A stretch of DNA of 64,000 bases from Paenibacillaceae bacterium (GTDB lineage: Bacteria; Bacillota; Bacilli; Paenibacillales; CANHGK01), in contig CANHGK010000003.1 of NCBI GenBank assembly GCA_947460235.1, positions 150,377-214,376 on the forward strand. The letters run 5' to 3'. The translations under genes and the position numbers were made by a program. The notes below the pieces were generated by a model. That model saw nothing but the letters and a program-made list of their open reading frames with translations. It had not been told where the DNA came from and ran no database searches. Below are positions 36,824 to 46,569 of this stretch, one piece after another. How positions within the stretch are numbered: the stretch's first letter is position 1; each line of letters opens with the position of its first letter.

Positions 36824-36896
36824 GTGGAAACCCCGATCTTCAGATGATGCTTTTCGATTGAATCAATCTAAATAATAGAACGATCGGTTTTTCCAC
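36824..36896. repeat. Nested inverted repeat in the dipeptidase-korA intergenic region
   Basis: GTGGAAACCCCGATC (36824-36838) pairs with GATCGGTTTTTCCAC (36882-36896) at 13 of 15 positions. The inner perfect palindrome GATTGAaTCAATC lies at about 36856-36868. Confidence 0.5.
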
Positions 36897-36907
36897 ATGC
36901 AGAAGGC

Positions 36908-37867
36908 CTACTTCATCATTTTACGAAAAAATGTCAACCAATTTTCTGAACCTATGCGAATCCAATCATTTTCACTTAACAATTGTTCGGATTTTGCCAT
37001 TTCTAAAAATCTTGACCAATCGTTCGGACCATTGATGCCTTCGATCATTCGATCAGCACCCCAAAAATCACTTCCGAATCCAATATGTAATCGCGCATTC
37101 TGATCCAACATCGTCATCAAGTGGTTCATCCAACATTGTATTTCCGATTGTAACTCCTCTGAATTCGTATCAAACAATAAAAACGGTACGAAATTGAGGC
37201 CAATGCAACCTCCGCGCTCAACAACAGAGTGAATTTGTTCATTTGTTAAATTTCTTGGATGCGCATAAACATGGGCACTATTTGAATGCGTGATCGCAAT
37301 TGGTAATGCCGAATGTTTTAATAAATCCCAAAATGCCTTTTCGCTTAAATGTGCACCATCAATGATGATTCCCAGTTGCTCACATACAACGACCGCTTCG
37401 ATTCCATGCGCACTTAATCCACCATGTAATGTCCCGAATGCTCCGTCACCAAACCAATTGCTATGATTCCATGTAAAGCCGATCATTCGTATACCAAACG
37501 AATGCAGTACTTGTAGTCTTTGTTCTGTATGTATGTTTAATGCATCGGCACCTTCAACAGCTAGCATAATAGCAACCATTTTAAGTTCAATTTTTCGCTC
37601 AACACTTGGCAAATCTTCTGCTTTTAGGACACGAATAACTTCTGGCCTACTGAATATCATTTGTTCAGCAATGCCAATCATTTCTAACATAACTTCCCAC
37701 TTTCGCTCTTCAGCTACTTCCTCGGGAACAAAAATTGGCAATACTTGAAGTAATACGTTTTGATTTATCATTGCAGCGATAGCCTCATCAACCAACAGCT
37801 CACGTTTTTCTTCAGAAGCCTCTTTCCAAATTTCCCACAGTAGGTCAGCATGCGCATCGACAATCAA
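36908..37867 (-). CDS. Membrane dipeptidase family (peptidase M19) protein
   Basis: It has the DAHADLL N-terminus and M19-type His/Asp metal ligands (HSNSAH, DFWG). The product is 319 aa. Confidence 0.75.
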   Translation of the reverse strand: MIVDAHADLLWEIWKEASEEKRELLVDEAIAAMINQNVLLQVLPIFVPEEVAEERKWEVMLEMIGIAEQMIFSRPEVIRVLKAEDLPSVERKIELKMVAIMLAVEGADALNIHTEQRLQVLHSFGIRMIGFTWNHSNWFGDGAFGTLHGGLSAHGIEAVVVCEQLGIIIDGAHLSEKAFWDLLKHSALPIAITHSNSAHVYAHPRNLTNEQIHSVVERGGCIGLNFVPFLLFDTNSEELQSEIQCWMNHLMTMLDQNARLHIGFGSDFWGADRMIEGINGPNDWSRFLEMAKSEQLLSENDWIRIGSENWLTFFRKMMK

Positions 37868-37901
37868 AAAAATTCCCCTTTCATAGTAAACCTTAAGGCA
37901 A

Positions 37902-37938
37902 CAAAAAAGCCCGTCTCACATTTGTGCGAAACAGGCTT
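37902..37938 (-). terminator. Rho-independent terminator after spoVS
   Basis: On the minus strand, AAGCCTGTTTCGCACA / TGTGAGACGGGCTT forms the stem, followed by a T6 run. Confidence 0.7.
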
Positions 37939-37948
37939 ATTGAATACA

Positions 37949-38215
37949 TTATTTATTTCTTGGTTCAACGATCAATTTGATCGCAGTGCGGTCTTCACCA
38001 TCGATGACTATATCAGTGAATGCCGGAATACAAATTAAATCAACGCCCGTAGGTGCTACAAAACCTCGTGCAATGGCAACGGCTTTTATCGCTTGATTCA
38101 AAGCGCCCGCTCCAATTGCTTGTAACTCTGCAGTACCTCGTTCACGTAAAACTCCGGCCAGCGCACCAGCTACCGAGTTTGGATTAGATTTTGCTGAAAC
38201 TTTTAATACGTCCAT
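37949..38215 (-). CDS. spoVS: Stage V sporulation protein S
   Basis: MDVLKVSAKSNPNSVAGALAGVLRERG...AIGAGALNQAIKAVAIARGF is near-identical to the SpoVS family. The ATG at 38215 follows GGGGAGG. Confidence 0.92.
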   Translation of the reverse strand: MDVLKVSAKSNPNSVAGALAGVLRERGTAELQAIGAGALNQAIKAVAIARGFVAPTGVDLICIPAFTDIVIDGEDRTAIKLIVEPRNK

Positions 38216-38335
38216 GCGGTTAACCTCCCCGGAAAGTGGAATCTTGTCACAACTTGAATACACCATACTATGTATTCGTGACAATAAATATAATTCCTTC
38301 CAAGGACATTGTGAAATAAATCATTTTTCAGAATT

Positions 38336-39130
38336 TTAAGTCATCCACAAATCAGTTTCGTGATATCGTATTTTTTTGATCGATTTCGCCAAACCTGTTT
38401 TTGGATCAATATCAATGACCGTTGCGTGGAATTGCCATATCCCTTCGTCAACTGTAAATCTTGTTGGCATTTGCGTCAAAAACTTTTGAATGATTGGTGA
38501 CCGCTCAACACCCAAAATCCCATTAAGTGGCCCCGTCATACCAACATCCGTTAACACTGCTGTACCATTTGGCAATACACGTTCATCATTGGTCTGTACA
38601 TGAGTATGAGTTCCAATTACAGCGCTCACACGTCCATCCAAATACCAAGCCATCGCTAACTTTTCTGCTGTTGCTTCGGCATGGAAATCCAACAATATTG
38701 GCATTGTTTTTTTCTTATATGGTTCTAAGATTTGATCAATTTTATGAAACGGGCAATCAATTGGCGGCAAAAAAGAGCGGCCCTGCATGTTCACGACGAG
38801 TAATTCATATTGTCCGTTTTTTATTACTACCGAACCATTCCCCGGACAACCCTCTGGAAAATTGGCTGGACGGATTACCTTTGACTCACTTCCGATCCAA
38901 TCAACGGTATCTTTTTGATCCCAAGTATGGTTACCAAGTGTGATTGCATGTGCACCATATTCCAATATTTCTGTTGCAATCGCACGTGTAATTCCACGTC
39001 CTGCTGCAGCATTTTCAGCGTTCACTACGATAAACGTCGGTTGTAAATTCCGTTTTAATACCGGCAGCACTTCTTTCAGTGCTTTTCGACCAACCGAACC
39101 AACGATATCTCCTACCATGATAACGCGCAT
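38336..39130 (-). CDS. ymdB: YmdB family metallophosphoesterase (2',3'-cyclic-nucleotide phosphodiesterase)
   Basis: The motifs MRVIMVGDIVG, NAENAAAGRG and GNHTWD are present. It is positioned between rny and spoVS, as in B. subtilis. Confidence 0.9.
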   Translation of the reverse strand: MRVIMVGDIVGSVGRKALKEVLPVLKRNLQPTFIVVNAENAAAGRGITRAIATEILEYGAHAITLGNHTWDQKDTVDWIGSESKVIRPANFPEGCPGNGSVVIKNGQYELLVVNMQGRSFLPPIDCPFHKIDQILEPYKKKTMPILLDFHAEATAEKLAMAWYLDGRVSAVIGTHTHVQTNDERVLPNGTAVLTDVGMTGPLNGILGVERSPIIQKFLTQMPTRFTVDEGIWQFHATVIDIDPKTGLAKSIKKIRYHETDLWMT

Positions 39131-39147
39131 GTTTGTCTTCCTTTCAT

Positions 39148-39186
39148 CAAAAAAGGTCCTGGGACGCTTTCCGCCTCAGGACCTCT
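39148..39186 (-). terminator. Hairpin/terminator between rny and ymdB
   Basis: On the minus strand, AGGTCCTG...CAGGACCT forms the stem, followed by a T6 run. Confidence 0.65.
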
Positions 39187-39195
39187 CGTGTTTAA

Positions 39196-40740
39196 TTATT
39201 TTGCGTATTCGACGGCACGTGTTTCACGGATTACCGTTACTTTAATGTGCCCAGGGTAGTCAAGTTCACCTTCGATTTTCTTGGTGATATCACGTGCCAA
39301 ACGGAACGCTTCAATATCATCAATTTTGTCTGGGAATACCATGACACGAAGTTCGCGACCAGCTTGAATTGCATATGATTTCTCAACGCCTTCAAACCCG
39401 TTAGGAATTGCTTCCAAACGCTCTAGACGTTTTATATACGTCTCAAGCGTTTCGCGGCGCGCTCCTGGACGCGCTGCTGATAATGCGTCAGCTGCACCAA
39501 CAAGGATGGCGATTACTGATGTTGCTTCGCAATCACCATGATGAGATGCGATACTGTTGATGACAACTGGATGCTCTTTGTACTTTTTCGCAAGATCAAC
39601 ACCAATTTCAACATGTGATCCTTCGACTTCGTGATCAAGTGCTTTCCCGATATCATGCAGTAAACCAGCACGTTTTGCCAACGTGATGTCTTCACCAAGT
39701 TCAGCTGCCATTAATCCAGTTAGGTAAGCAACCTCTAGGGAATGTTTCAATACGTTCTGACCATAGCTCGTTCTGAATTTCAGTCGACCCATGATTTTGA
39801 TCAAATCTGGATGTAATCCGATAATTCCTGCTTCAAATACAGCCTGTTCGCCATATTCGCGGATGCGCTCGTCCACTTCTTTGCGAGACTTGTCAACCAT
39901 TTCTTCAATTCGGGCTGGATGAATTCGACCGTCAGATACTAATTTCTCCAACGTCGTGCGAGCAATCTCACGACGAATTGGATCAAAACCGGACAAAATA
40001 ACCGCTTCCGGTGTGTCATCAATAATCAAATCAATACCGGTTAACGTTTCTAACGCACGAATATTACGTCCTTCACGTCCGATAATCCGGCCTTTCATTT
40101 CATCGCTCGGTAAAGCGACAACAGATACGGTTGTTTCCGCTACATGGTCTGCAGCACAACGCTGAATTGCCAATGAAATGATATCCCGAGCTTTCTTATC
40201 CGCTTCTACTTTCGCTTGTTGTTCAATATCCTTAATCAACAATGCGGTTTCATGACGAACTTCTTGTGCAACAGAATTCAAAATCATCTGTTTGGCCTCT
40301 TCTTGAGTCAAGTTCGAGATCCGTTCCAGCTCTGCTACTTGTTGCTGTTGCAAGCGAATTACTTGTGCTTGCGTGTCTTCGATTTGCTTCTCTTTGTTGG
40401 AAACGTGCTCTTCTTTGCGCTCTAAAGATTCTAATTTTTTATCCAGAGTCTCTTCTTTCTGCACTAACCGGCGTTCTTGACGCTGAATTTCATTCCGGCG
40501 TTCACGAACATCTTTATCGGCTTCATTACGCAGTTTATGTGCCTCGTCCTTGGCTTCCAACACGATTTCTTTCTTCATCGCATCAACATCCTTGCGTGCT
40601 TGCTCAAGGATATGTTCAGCAGAAATTCTCGCGCCATCAAGCTGTTTCTCAGCATAAGACTTGCGGACAAAATACCCAATCCCGTAGCCCAGTATTCCAA
40701 CTAAGAGAGCGATGATCAAAGTTACGATCAACTTCTTCAC
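39196..40740 (-). CDS. rny: Ribonuclease Y
   Basis: It has an N-terminal TM, a coiled coil, a KH domain ([15 protein letters not shown]) and an HD domain (LLHDIGK). The TTG at 40731 has better RBS spacing than the GTG at 40740. Confidence 0.92.
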   Translation of the reverse strand: MKKLIVTLIIALLVGILGYGIGYFVRKSYAEKQLDGARISAEHILEQARKDVDAMKKEIVLEAKDEAHKLRNEADKDVRERRNEIQRQERRLVQKEETLDKKLESLERKEEHVSNKEKQIEDTQAQVIRLQQQQVAELERISNLTQEEAKQMILNSVAQEVRHETALLIKDIEQQAKVEADKKARDIISLAIQRCAADHVAETTVSVVALPSDEMKGRIIGREGRNIRALETLTGIDLIIDDTPEAVILSGFDPIRREIARTTLEKLVSDGRIHPARIEEMVDKSRKEVDERIREYGEQAVFEAGIIGLHPDLIKIMGRLKFRTSYGQNVLKHSLEVAYLTGLMAAELGEDITLAKRAGLLHDIGKALDHEVEGSHVEIGVDLAKKYKEHPVVINSIASHHGDCEATSVIAILVGAADALSAARPGARRETLETYIKRLERLEAIPNGFEGVEKSYAIQAGRELRVMVFPDKIDDIEAFRLARDITKKIEGELDYPGHIKVTVIRETRAVEYAK

Positions 40741-40865
40741 CTCCCCGTTGTTTTTCCAAGTGGTACCTTGGGGTAATTCAGTTAAAAATCTTCAATTCGT
40801 TGTAATTACGTTGGAATTTGAACCAAAGTTATCTTCCACAGATAACCTATCGTTCATTGTATCGA

Positions 40866-41540
40866 TTAACCTTCATCATTGTCAAGATTAGAAGTGAAAT
40901 GTCCAAGCACCTTTCGGATAATAGTTGAAGAAAAACCTCGTTGTGCCAACTTTCGTGCAAACCGAACGGCCTTATCTCGCCCCTCACCTTTTATGCCATT
41001 CCATTTACTTCGGGCCCAGCGAAGTGCGTTTACATATTCATCTTCTTCGGTAAAATGTGCAATAGCTGCATTCGCATCTTTCGCAGAAATACCTTTCTGT
41101 TGTAATTCCATCTTTATCCTAGCGCGCCCTTTGTTCTGATTACGAAATTTCTGCTGTGAAATCCGCTCCGCTAATTTCCCATCATCGAGTAATTCCAAAG
41201 CCATTGCCCGTTCAACCGCTCGCTCCACGAACTCCATCGCATGTTTTCCTCGAAGTAAAGATCGTTTCAATTCCAAGCGCGAACATTGACTTCTCTCAAT
41301 TCTACGCAAGGCGCCCTGCCACGCGGATAACTCCGCATGCAGGGCGACGTATTGATGAAACTTTTCTTCTTCTACCACTCTTCCATTTGGAAAATGATTC
41401 GGATTCACTTGATCGATCGGTAGTAAGTGTGCGGTGCCATTCGTCCATTCAACGCGAACCGCTTCATAGGGAATTCTCACCCATTTGGCTTTCGCGACTT
41501 CATAGGTTATTTGCTCCGTCACTGACTTTGACCTCCTCAA
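40866..41540 (-). CDS. recX: RecA regulator RecX
   Basis: It has a three-repeat helical RecX pattern (e.g. [20 protein letters not shown]). Its start overlaps the recA stop by 4 nt. Confidence 0.75.
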   Translation of the reverse strand: MRRSKSVTEQITYEVAKAKWVRIPYEAVRVEWTNGTAHLLPIDQVNPNHFPNGRVVEEEKFHQYVALHAELSAWQGALRRIERSQCSRLELKRSLLRGKHAMEFVERAVERAMALELLDDGKLAERISQQKFRNQNKGRARIKMELQQKGISAKDANAAIAHFTEEDEYVNALRWARSKWNGIKGEGRDKAVRFARKLAQRGFSSTIIRKVLGHFTSNLDNDEG

Positions 41541-42586
41541 TCTTCGTCAGGATTAAAATCATCATCCACTTCATCAGTTATATTCGAAGGCACAATTGGA
41601 ACTTGTGAAATACAAACTTCTCTAATTTTGCGTTCAATCGCATCTGCAATGGATTTATTATCTTTCAAATATTGCTTCGCATTCTCACGGCCCTGACCTA
41701 ATCTTTCACCGGAATAAGAATACCACGCACCGCTCTTTTGAACGACATCGATCTCTGCACCGATATCGATAATACTACCTTCTCGAGAAATTCCTTCGCC
41801 ATACATGATATCTACATCTGCTTGTTTAAATGGCGGAGCAACTTTATTCTTAACCACTTTAATCTTTGTGCGATTACCAACCACATCATTACCTTGTTTA
41901 ATAGATTCAACGCGGCGAACTTCAAGGCGCACGGAAGAGTAGAACTTGAGTGCACGACCACCTGGTGTAACTTCAGGATTACCGAACATCACGCCGACTT
42001 TCTCACGTAATTGGTTAATAAAAATCGCGATCGTCTTCGATTTATTAATCGCTCCGGACAACTTACGAAGTGCTTGCGACATTAATCGAGCTTGTAGACC
42101 GACGAATGAATCACCCATCTCGCCTTCAATTTCCGCCTTAGGAACTAATGCAGCAACCGAGTCAATGACGACAATTTCAACTGCGCCGCTTCGAACCAAT
42201 GCTTCCGCAATCTCCAACGCTTGCTCTCCAGTGTCTGGTTGAGAAAGCAATAACTCGTTTATATTAACGCCAAGTTTACCTGCATATAACGGATCTAACG
42301 CATGCTCCGCATCAATAAAAGCAGCCATACCGCCACGCTTCTGAACTTCTGCAATCGCATGAAGTGCTACCGTCGTCTTACCTGACGATTCAGGCCCGAA
42401 CACTTCAATAATCCGTCCACGAGGAAAACCACCGATTCCTAATGCAATATCTAATCCTAATGCTCCAGTTGGGATTGTCTCCACTTTCATATGTGTAGAC
42501 TCACCCAAACGCATAATTGATCCTTTACCGAATTGCTTCTCAATTTGTTTCAACGCACTCTCAAGTGCCGCTTTACGATCAGCCAC
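41537..42586 (-). CDS. recA: Recombinase RecA
   Basis: Walker [10 protein letters not shown] is present, and the sequence is that of the RecA family. The GTG at 42586 ([25 protein letters not shown]) lies 9 nt after AAAGGA. The longer ORF-track start would include the promoter. Confidence 0.93.
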   Translation of the reverse strand: MADRKAALESALKQIEKQFGKGSIMRLGESTHMKVETIPTGALGLDIALGIGGFPRGRIIEVFGPESSGKTTVALHAIAEVQKRGGMAAFIDAEHALDPLYAGKLGVNINELLLSQPDTGEQALEIAEALVRSGAVEIVVIDSVAALVPKAEIEGEMGDSFVGLQARLMSQALRKLSGAINKSKTIAIFINQLREKVGVMFGNPEVTPGGRALKFYSSVRLEVRRVESIKQGNDVVGNRTKIKVVKNKVAPPFKQADVDIMYGEGISREGSIIDIGAEIDVVQKSGAWYSYSGERLGQGRENAKQYLKDNKSIADAIERKIREVCISQVPIVPSNITDEVDDDFNPDED

Positions 42587-42632
42587 AATTCCACGTCCTT
42601 TGCTTTTGTTCGTTTCCAGACCGTCTGAAGTA

Positions 42633-42661
42633 ATCATATCTGTCCTTATCTCAAATTGCAA
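42633..42661 (-). promoter_or_regulatory. Putative sigma-A promoter of recA
   Basis: The minus strand reads TTGCAA-N17-TATGAT. Confidence 0.55.
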
Positions 42662-42670
42662 GCAAAAAGT

Positions 42671-42684
42671 AGAATATATGTTCG
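42671..42684. promoter_or_regulatory. LexA (DinR) Cheo box
   Basis: AGAATATATGTTCG matches CGAAC-N4-GTTCG at 8 of the 10 specified half-site positions. It lies just upstream of the recA -35. Confidence 0.6.
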
Positions 42685-42691
42685 TATTTTT

Positions 42692-43981
42692 TTACTGCTC
42701 GATCCAGCCACCCTTTTTTAACTCACGCCAGGCAATAAATAATGCCCGTTTTGCCGCACGACGTTTGATTGTTGGTCGATTTCCTGGTGATTGATACGCT
42801 TCAGCAATAACTTTTCCATCAGGCAACGCAACTGCCACATAGACCATTCCTGGGGTTTTTCCTTCAATCGATTCGGGACCAGCTACCCCGGTAATTGACA
42901 AGCCTATTTCAGTACCCATGGTTTGACGGGCACCTTCGGCCATCGCGATTGCCGTTTCTTTACTGATCGCTCCGGGTGCATCATTTCCCTCTAATAGTTC
43001 AGCCGGCACACCAAGTTGAAGCATTTTCGCTTCATTCGAATACGTTACGAATCCACCCTTGTACACGACAGAAACACCAGACACATTCGTCAGCAAATCA
43101 CCTAATAACCCTCCACTACAGCTTTCCGCAGTTGAAAGGTTTAATCCAGATATAATCAATTGTCTAACCAATGCTTGCTCAAGCGAGACATCTTCATAGG
43201 CATAAAGATAATGTTTCAAACGTGATTCAATATTTTCGATGATTGGCACAAACTTCATTTCTGCACTAATTAAATCTTTCGCTTTTGTAGATAATCGAAT
43301 GGCCACTTCCCCGTCATGCGCGTAAGGCGCAATGGTTGGGTCGGTTTGATTTTGAATTAAATCCTGAAGCGAAAAAGCAACCTGAGATTCTCCAATTCCA
43401 GCAAACCGCATCGTTCTTGAATATAATTGATTCGCATCACCTAACTGCTTTTTCAACCACGGATTTAAATGATTTACGACCATTGGTTTCAACTCTGACG
43501 GCGGTCCAGGTAACACAACGATCCGTATCTCTTCGTGCTGAATGGCGCACCCAATTGCGAAACCGACTTCATTCTCTAGAATGGTGCCGCCGCTAAAATA
43601 ATCCGCTTGCTTTTCATTCCCTGGAGGAACAGGTAAATCACGTTTTGTGAATAGATCATTTATTTTTTTTAATGCCGGTTCATGACGATCTAACGACCAT
43701 CCAAACGCTTCAGCAATTGATTCTTTTGTTAGATCATCTTGTGTAGGTCCTAGCCCACCAGTAAAAATAAGTACATTCGAACGCGATAACGCTGTGTTAA
43801 TTACAGATTTCAAGCGGTCCATATTATCACCAACAACCGTTTGATAATATAAATCCACACCGACTTCTGCCATTTGTTGCGAAATAAACTGAGCATTCGT
43901 ATTTAATATTTGCCCAAGCAACAACTCAGTTCCTACGCAAATCAATTCCGCCTTCAGTTTTGTTTGCACCATGTTAGTCAT
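42692..43981 (-). CDS. cinA: Competence/damage-inducible protein CinA (MoCF-type domain plus PncC NMN amidohydrolase domain)
   Basis: KAELICVGTELLLGQILNTNAQ is the CinA N-terminus. The C-terminal PncC-like domain is present. It lies upstream of recA, as in Bacillus. Confidence 0.9.
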   Translation of the reverse strand: MTNMVQTKLKAELICVGTELLLGQILNTNAQFISQQMAEVGVDLYYQTVVGDNMDRLKSVINTALSRSNVLIFTGGLGPTQDDLTKESIAEAFGWSLDRHEPALKKINDLFTKRDLPVPPGNEKQADYFSGGTILENEVGFAIGCAIQHEEIRIVVLPGPPSELKPMVVNHLNPWLKKQLGDANQLYSRTMRFAGIGESQVAFSLQDLIQNQTDPTIAPYAHDGEVAIRLSTKAKDLISAEMKFVPIIENIESRLKHYLYAYEDVSLEQALVRQLIISGLNLSTAESCSGGLLGDLLTNVSGVSVVYKGGFVTYSNEAKMLQLGVPAELLEGNDAPGAISKETAIAMAEGARQTMGTEIGLSITGVAGPESIEGKTPGMVYVAVALPDGKVIAEAYQSPGNRPTIKRRAAKRALFIAWRELKKGGWIEQ

Positions 43982-43997
43982 CTAATCCCCTCCGATA

Positions 43998-44044
43998 TAA
44001 AAAAAAGCTTGCACCCGAACTAATTCAAGTTCCAAGTACAAGCT
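43998..44044 (-). terminator. Rho-independent terminator after pgsA
   Basis: On the minus strand, AGCTTGTAC...GTGCAAGCT forms the stem with an inner GAACT/AGTTC stem, followed by a T8 run. Confidence 0.7.
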
Positions 44045-44051
44045 CCTTCTG

Positions 44052-44630
44052 TTAAAACGTAACTAAATTTTTGTTTTTTACAAAATAATCATAACCTGAG
44101 TAAATCGTAATTAGCGCAGCAATCCAAGATAAAATCAAGTCAAACGGGATGTGTAGAAATGCGAACGGAAAATTGTTCAACATAAGCAAGATGACTGCCG
44201 CAATTTGCATTCCTGTTTTCCATTTTCCCCATTTGCTAGCCGCCATGACATGCCCTTCAAGCAATGCAATCATACGTAAACCGCTTACTGCAAATTCACG
44301 GCTAATAATCACAATTGCAATCCACGCATCTAGTTTGTCTAATTCAACGAGGGAAATCAGTACAGCTGTAATTAAAATTTTATCAGCAAGTGGATCAAGC
44401 AATTTCCCTAAATTCGTAACCATCTTATGTTTCCGAGCCAAATATCCGTCAATCCCATCCGTAACCGCTGAAACAATAAAAATTAACGTAGCAATCACTT
44501 GACTATACGTAATTTGAAATTCAGCAATTTGCAGTTGAAATGAAAACGGTTCGAATTTGACCAATAAGAAGAACACAATGAGCGGGACCAAAAAGATCCG
44601 AATCATCGTGATACGGTTGGCCATGTTCAC
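44052..44630 (-). CDS. pgsA: CDP-diacylglycerol--glycerol-3-phosphate 3-phosphatidyltransferase
   Basis: The CDP-alcohol phosphatidyltransferase motif is DGIDGYLARKHKMVTNLGKLLDPLADK. The product is 192 aa. Confidence 0.92.
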   Translation of the reverse strand: MNMANRITMIRIFLVPLIVFFLLVKFEPFSFQLQIAEFQITYSQVIATLIFIVSAVTDGIDGYLARKHKMVTNLGKLLDPLADKILITAVLISLVELDKLDAWIAIVIISREFAVSGLRMIALLEGHVMAASKWGKWKTGMQIAAVILLMLNNFPFAFLHIPFDLILSWIAALITIYSGYDYFVKNKNLVTF

Positions 44631-45955
44631 GCAATCGCCTCCCCGGCGAGGTCGTAGTCAAAGGAATGGGTAATACGTACGTCAGTCATTTCACCAACGT
44701 TAACTTTGCATTTTGAAATAAATACTTCTCCGTCAATTTCTGGTGCATCATATTGAGAACGGCCAATATACACGTCATTGCGACCATCGTAACGTTCCAC
44801 GAGCACGGTCATAACTTGTCCGATACGTTTCCCAATCACTTCTTTTGCAACTTCACGTTGCACTTCCATTAATGTGTTCGCGCGCCATTCTTTTAATTCA
44901 TCATCCACTTGATTCGGCAAACGCGCTGCAGGCGTATCTTCTTCCAAAGAATACGTGAACACACCGAGCCGGTCAAACTTCATTTCGCGGACAAATTCGC
45001 AGAGGCGATCAAAATCTTCTTCTGTTTCACCAGGGAAACCGACGATCATTGATGTGCGAATCGAAATATCCGGAATCGCCGTACGCATTTTTGCTACCAA
45101 TTCACGGATATCACGCTGACGGCCTGGACGACGCATCCGTTTCAAAATCGAATCTTCACTGTGTTGAAGTGGCATATCAATGTACTTACAAATTTTCGGA
45201 TTCGTGCGAAACGTTTCAATCAACTCATCCGTAAAAAATCCTGGATAAGCATAATGTAATCGGACCCATTCCAACCCAGAAACTTCCGTCACACGGTTCA
45301 ACAAGTCCGGAAGCATAAACTTATCGTACAAGTCGGTTCCATAGTTGGTAGAATCTTGTGCAATTAAACTAATTTCCTTCACGCCTTGCGCAACTAACCC
45401 TTCCACTTCCGTCACGACGGATTCAATGGAACGGCTACGGAACGCACCACGCATGATCGGAATACTACAGAATGTACATGCATTATCGCAACCTTCTGCA
45501 ATTTTCACATAGGCGGTCGGGCGTTTCTCCGTCAGCTTACGCGGCAAAATCGTTTCATATGAAAACACTGGATTTCCAACCCGAATGGGTTGACGGTTCG
45601 CAAGCGCTTCTTCAACAATCTCTTTAATTTGTACGAAATCATTCGTTCCGACAATCCCGTCGATTTCCGGCATTTCGCCGAGCAACTCTTCTTTGTAACG
45701 TTGCGTCAAACAGCCCGCAACGATTAATTTCTTTAATTTACCAGTTTCCTTGTAGTCGGCCATGTTTAATATCGTGTTCACCGATTGTTCTTTCGCCGCT
45801 TCAATAAACCCGCATGTATTGACAATGATAACCGTCGCTTCTTCCTCAGAATCGGTAAGCTCATACCCACCCTGATCGAGTAATCCGGCCATAATCTCCG
45901 AATCCACGGTGTTTTTCTCGCAACCCAATGTAACAATCTTCACTTTCTCAGCCAT
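44627..45955 (-). CDS. rimO: Ribosomal protein S12 methylthiotransferase RimO
   Basis: It has the MTTase N-domain (VTLGCEKN), the radical-SAM motif CDNACTFC and a TRAM domain. The ATG at 45955 gives MAEKVKIVTLGC. Confidence 0.9.
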   Translation of the reverse strand: MAEKVKIVTLGCEKNTVDSEIMAGLLDQGGYELTDSEEEATVIIVNTCGFIEAAKEQSVNTILNMADYKETGKLKKLIVAGCLTQRYKEELLGEMPEIDGIVGTNDFVQIKEIVEEALANRQPIRVGNPVFSYETILPRKLTEKRPTAYVKIAEGCDNACTFCSIPIMRGAFRSRSIESVVTEVEGLVAQGVKEISLIAQDSTNYGTDLYDKFMLPDLLNRVTEVSGLEWVRLHYAYPGFFTDELIETFRTNPKICKYIDMPLQHSEDSILKRMRRPGRQRDIRELVAKMRTAIPDISIRTSMIVGFPGETEEDFDRLCEFVREMKFDRLGVFTYSLEEDTPAARLPNQVDDELKEWRANTLMEVQREVAKEVIGKRIGQVMTVLVERYDGRNDVYIGRSQYDAPEIDGEVFISKCKVNVGEMTDVRITHSFDYDLAGEAIA

Positions 45956-46012
45956 GACCTTGGTCCCCCAACTAATTAAAAAAAACTCTTCAAACTTCAC
46001 AAGTATAACGCA

Positions 46013-46046
46013 GAAAAGCAGGTGAATTCAACGTCACCCGCTTTTC
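46013..46046 (-). terminator. Probable terminator after yajQ
   Basis: GAAAAGCAGGTGA / TCACCCGCTTTTC is an imperfect hairpin between yajQ and rimO. Confidence 0.45.
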
Positions 46047-46053
46047 AAACTTT

Positions 46054-46542
46054 TTATCTGTAATTTGTAAATTGCAAATCAATATCCAAGTCTGCACCGC
46101 GAAGCAATTGCATGATTTGTTGTAAATCATCTTTACTTTTACTTGATACGCGAAGTTGATCGCCTTGAATTAGACTTTTCACTTTTAACTTGGAATCACG
46201 AATCAAAATATTAATTTTCTTGGAATGCTCTTGTTCGATGCCCTGCTTAATTTTGATCGCCTGGCGAACGGTACCGCCAGTAGCGCCTTCAAGTTTGCCG
46301 TAATCTAACGATTTGATAGAGACGCCGCGTTTCATCATTTTGGTTTGCAAAATATCGATGACCGCCTTTAATTTGTACTCGTCATCCGACGTAACCGTCA
46401 ACACATCTTTGCTTAACTCAAACTTTGTTTTTGTGCCTTTAAAATCAAAGCGTGTTTCAATTTCTTTTTCCGCTTGTGTAATTGCATTGTTTAATTCTTG
46501 CATTTCTACTTTTGATACGATATCAAATGAATATTCTGACAT
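46054..46542 (-). CDS. yajQ: YajQ family (UPF0234) nucleotide / c-di-GMP-binding protein
   Basis: The 162-aa product starts with SFDIVSKVEMQELNNAITQAEKEIETRFDFKG, the family N-terminus. Confidence 0.88.
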   Translation of the reverse strand: MSEYSFDIVSKVEMQELNNAITQAEKEIETRFDFKGTKTKFELSKDVLTVTSDDEYKLKAVIDILQTKMMKRGVSIKSLDYGKLEGATGGTVRQAIKIKQGIEQEHSKKINILIRDSKLKVKSLIQGDQLRVSSKSKDDLQQIMQLLRGADLDIDLQFTNYR

Positions 46543-46569
46543 GTAACGGTGTCGCCCCTTATAAAAAAA

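Noticed and set aside
40242-40715. Long antisense ORFs inside rny (157 aa). Similar ones lie inside mecA (11443-11901) and across the HAD/addB junction (61320-61835).
   Set aside because: All lie opposite strongly conserved genes. They have a low-complexity or Cys/His/Phe-rich junk-like composition and lack translation signals.
41537-42661. Checked RecA, SpoIIIE, AddA and the radical-SAM genes for inteins or introns
   Set aside because: Lengths and motif spacing are normal for each family, apart from the short acidic loop in AddA. No splicing motifs are present.
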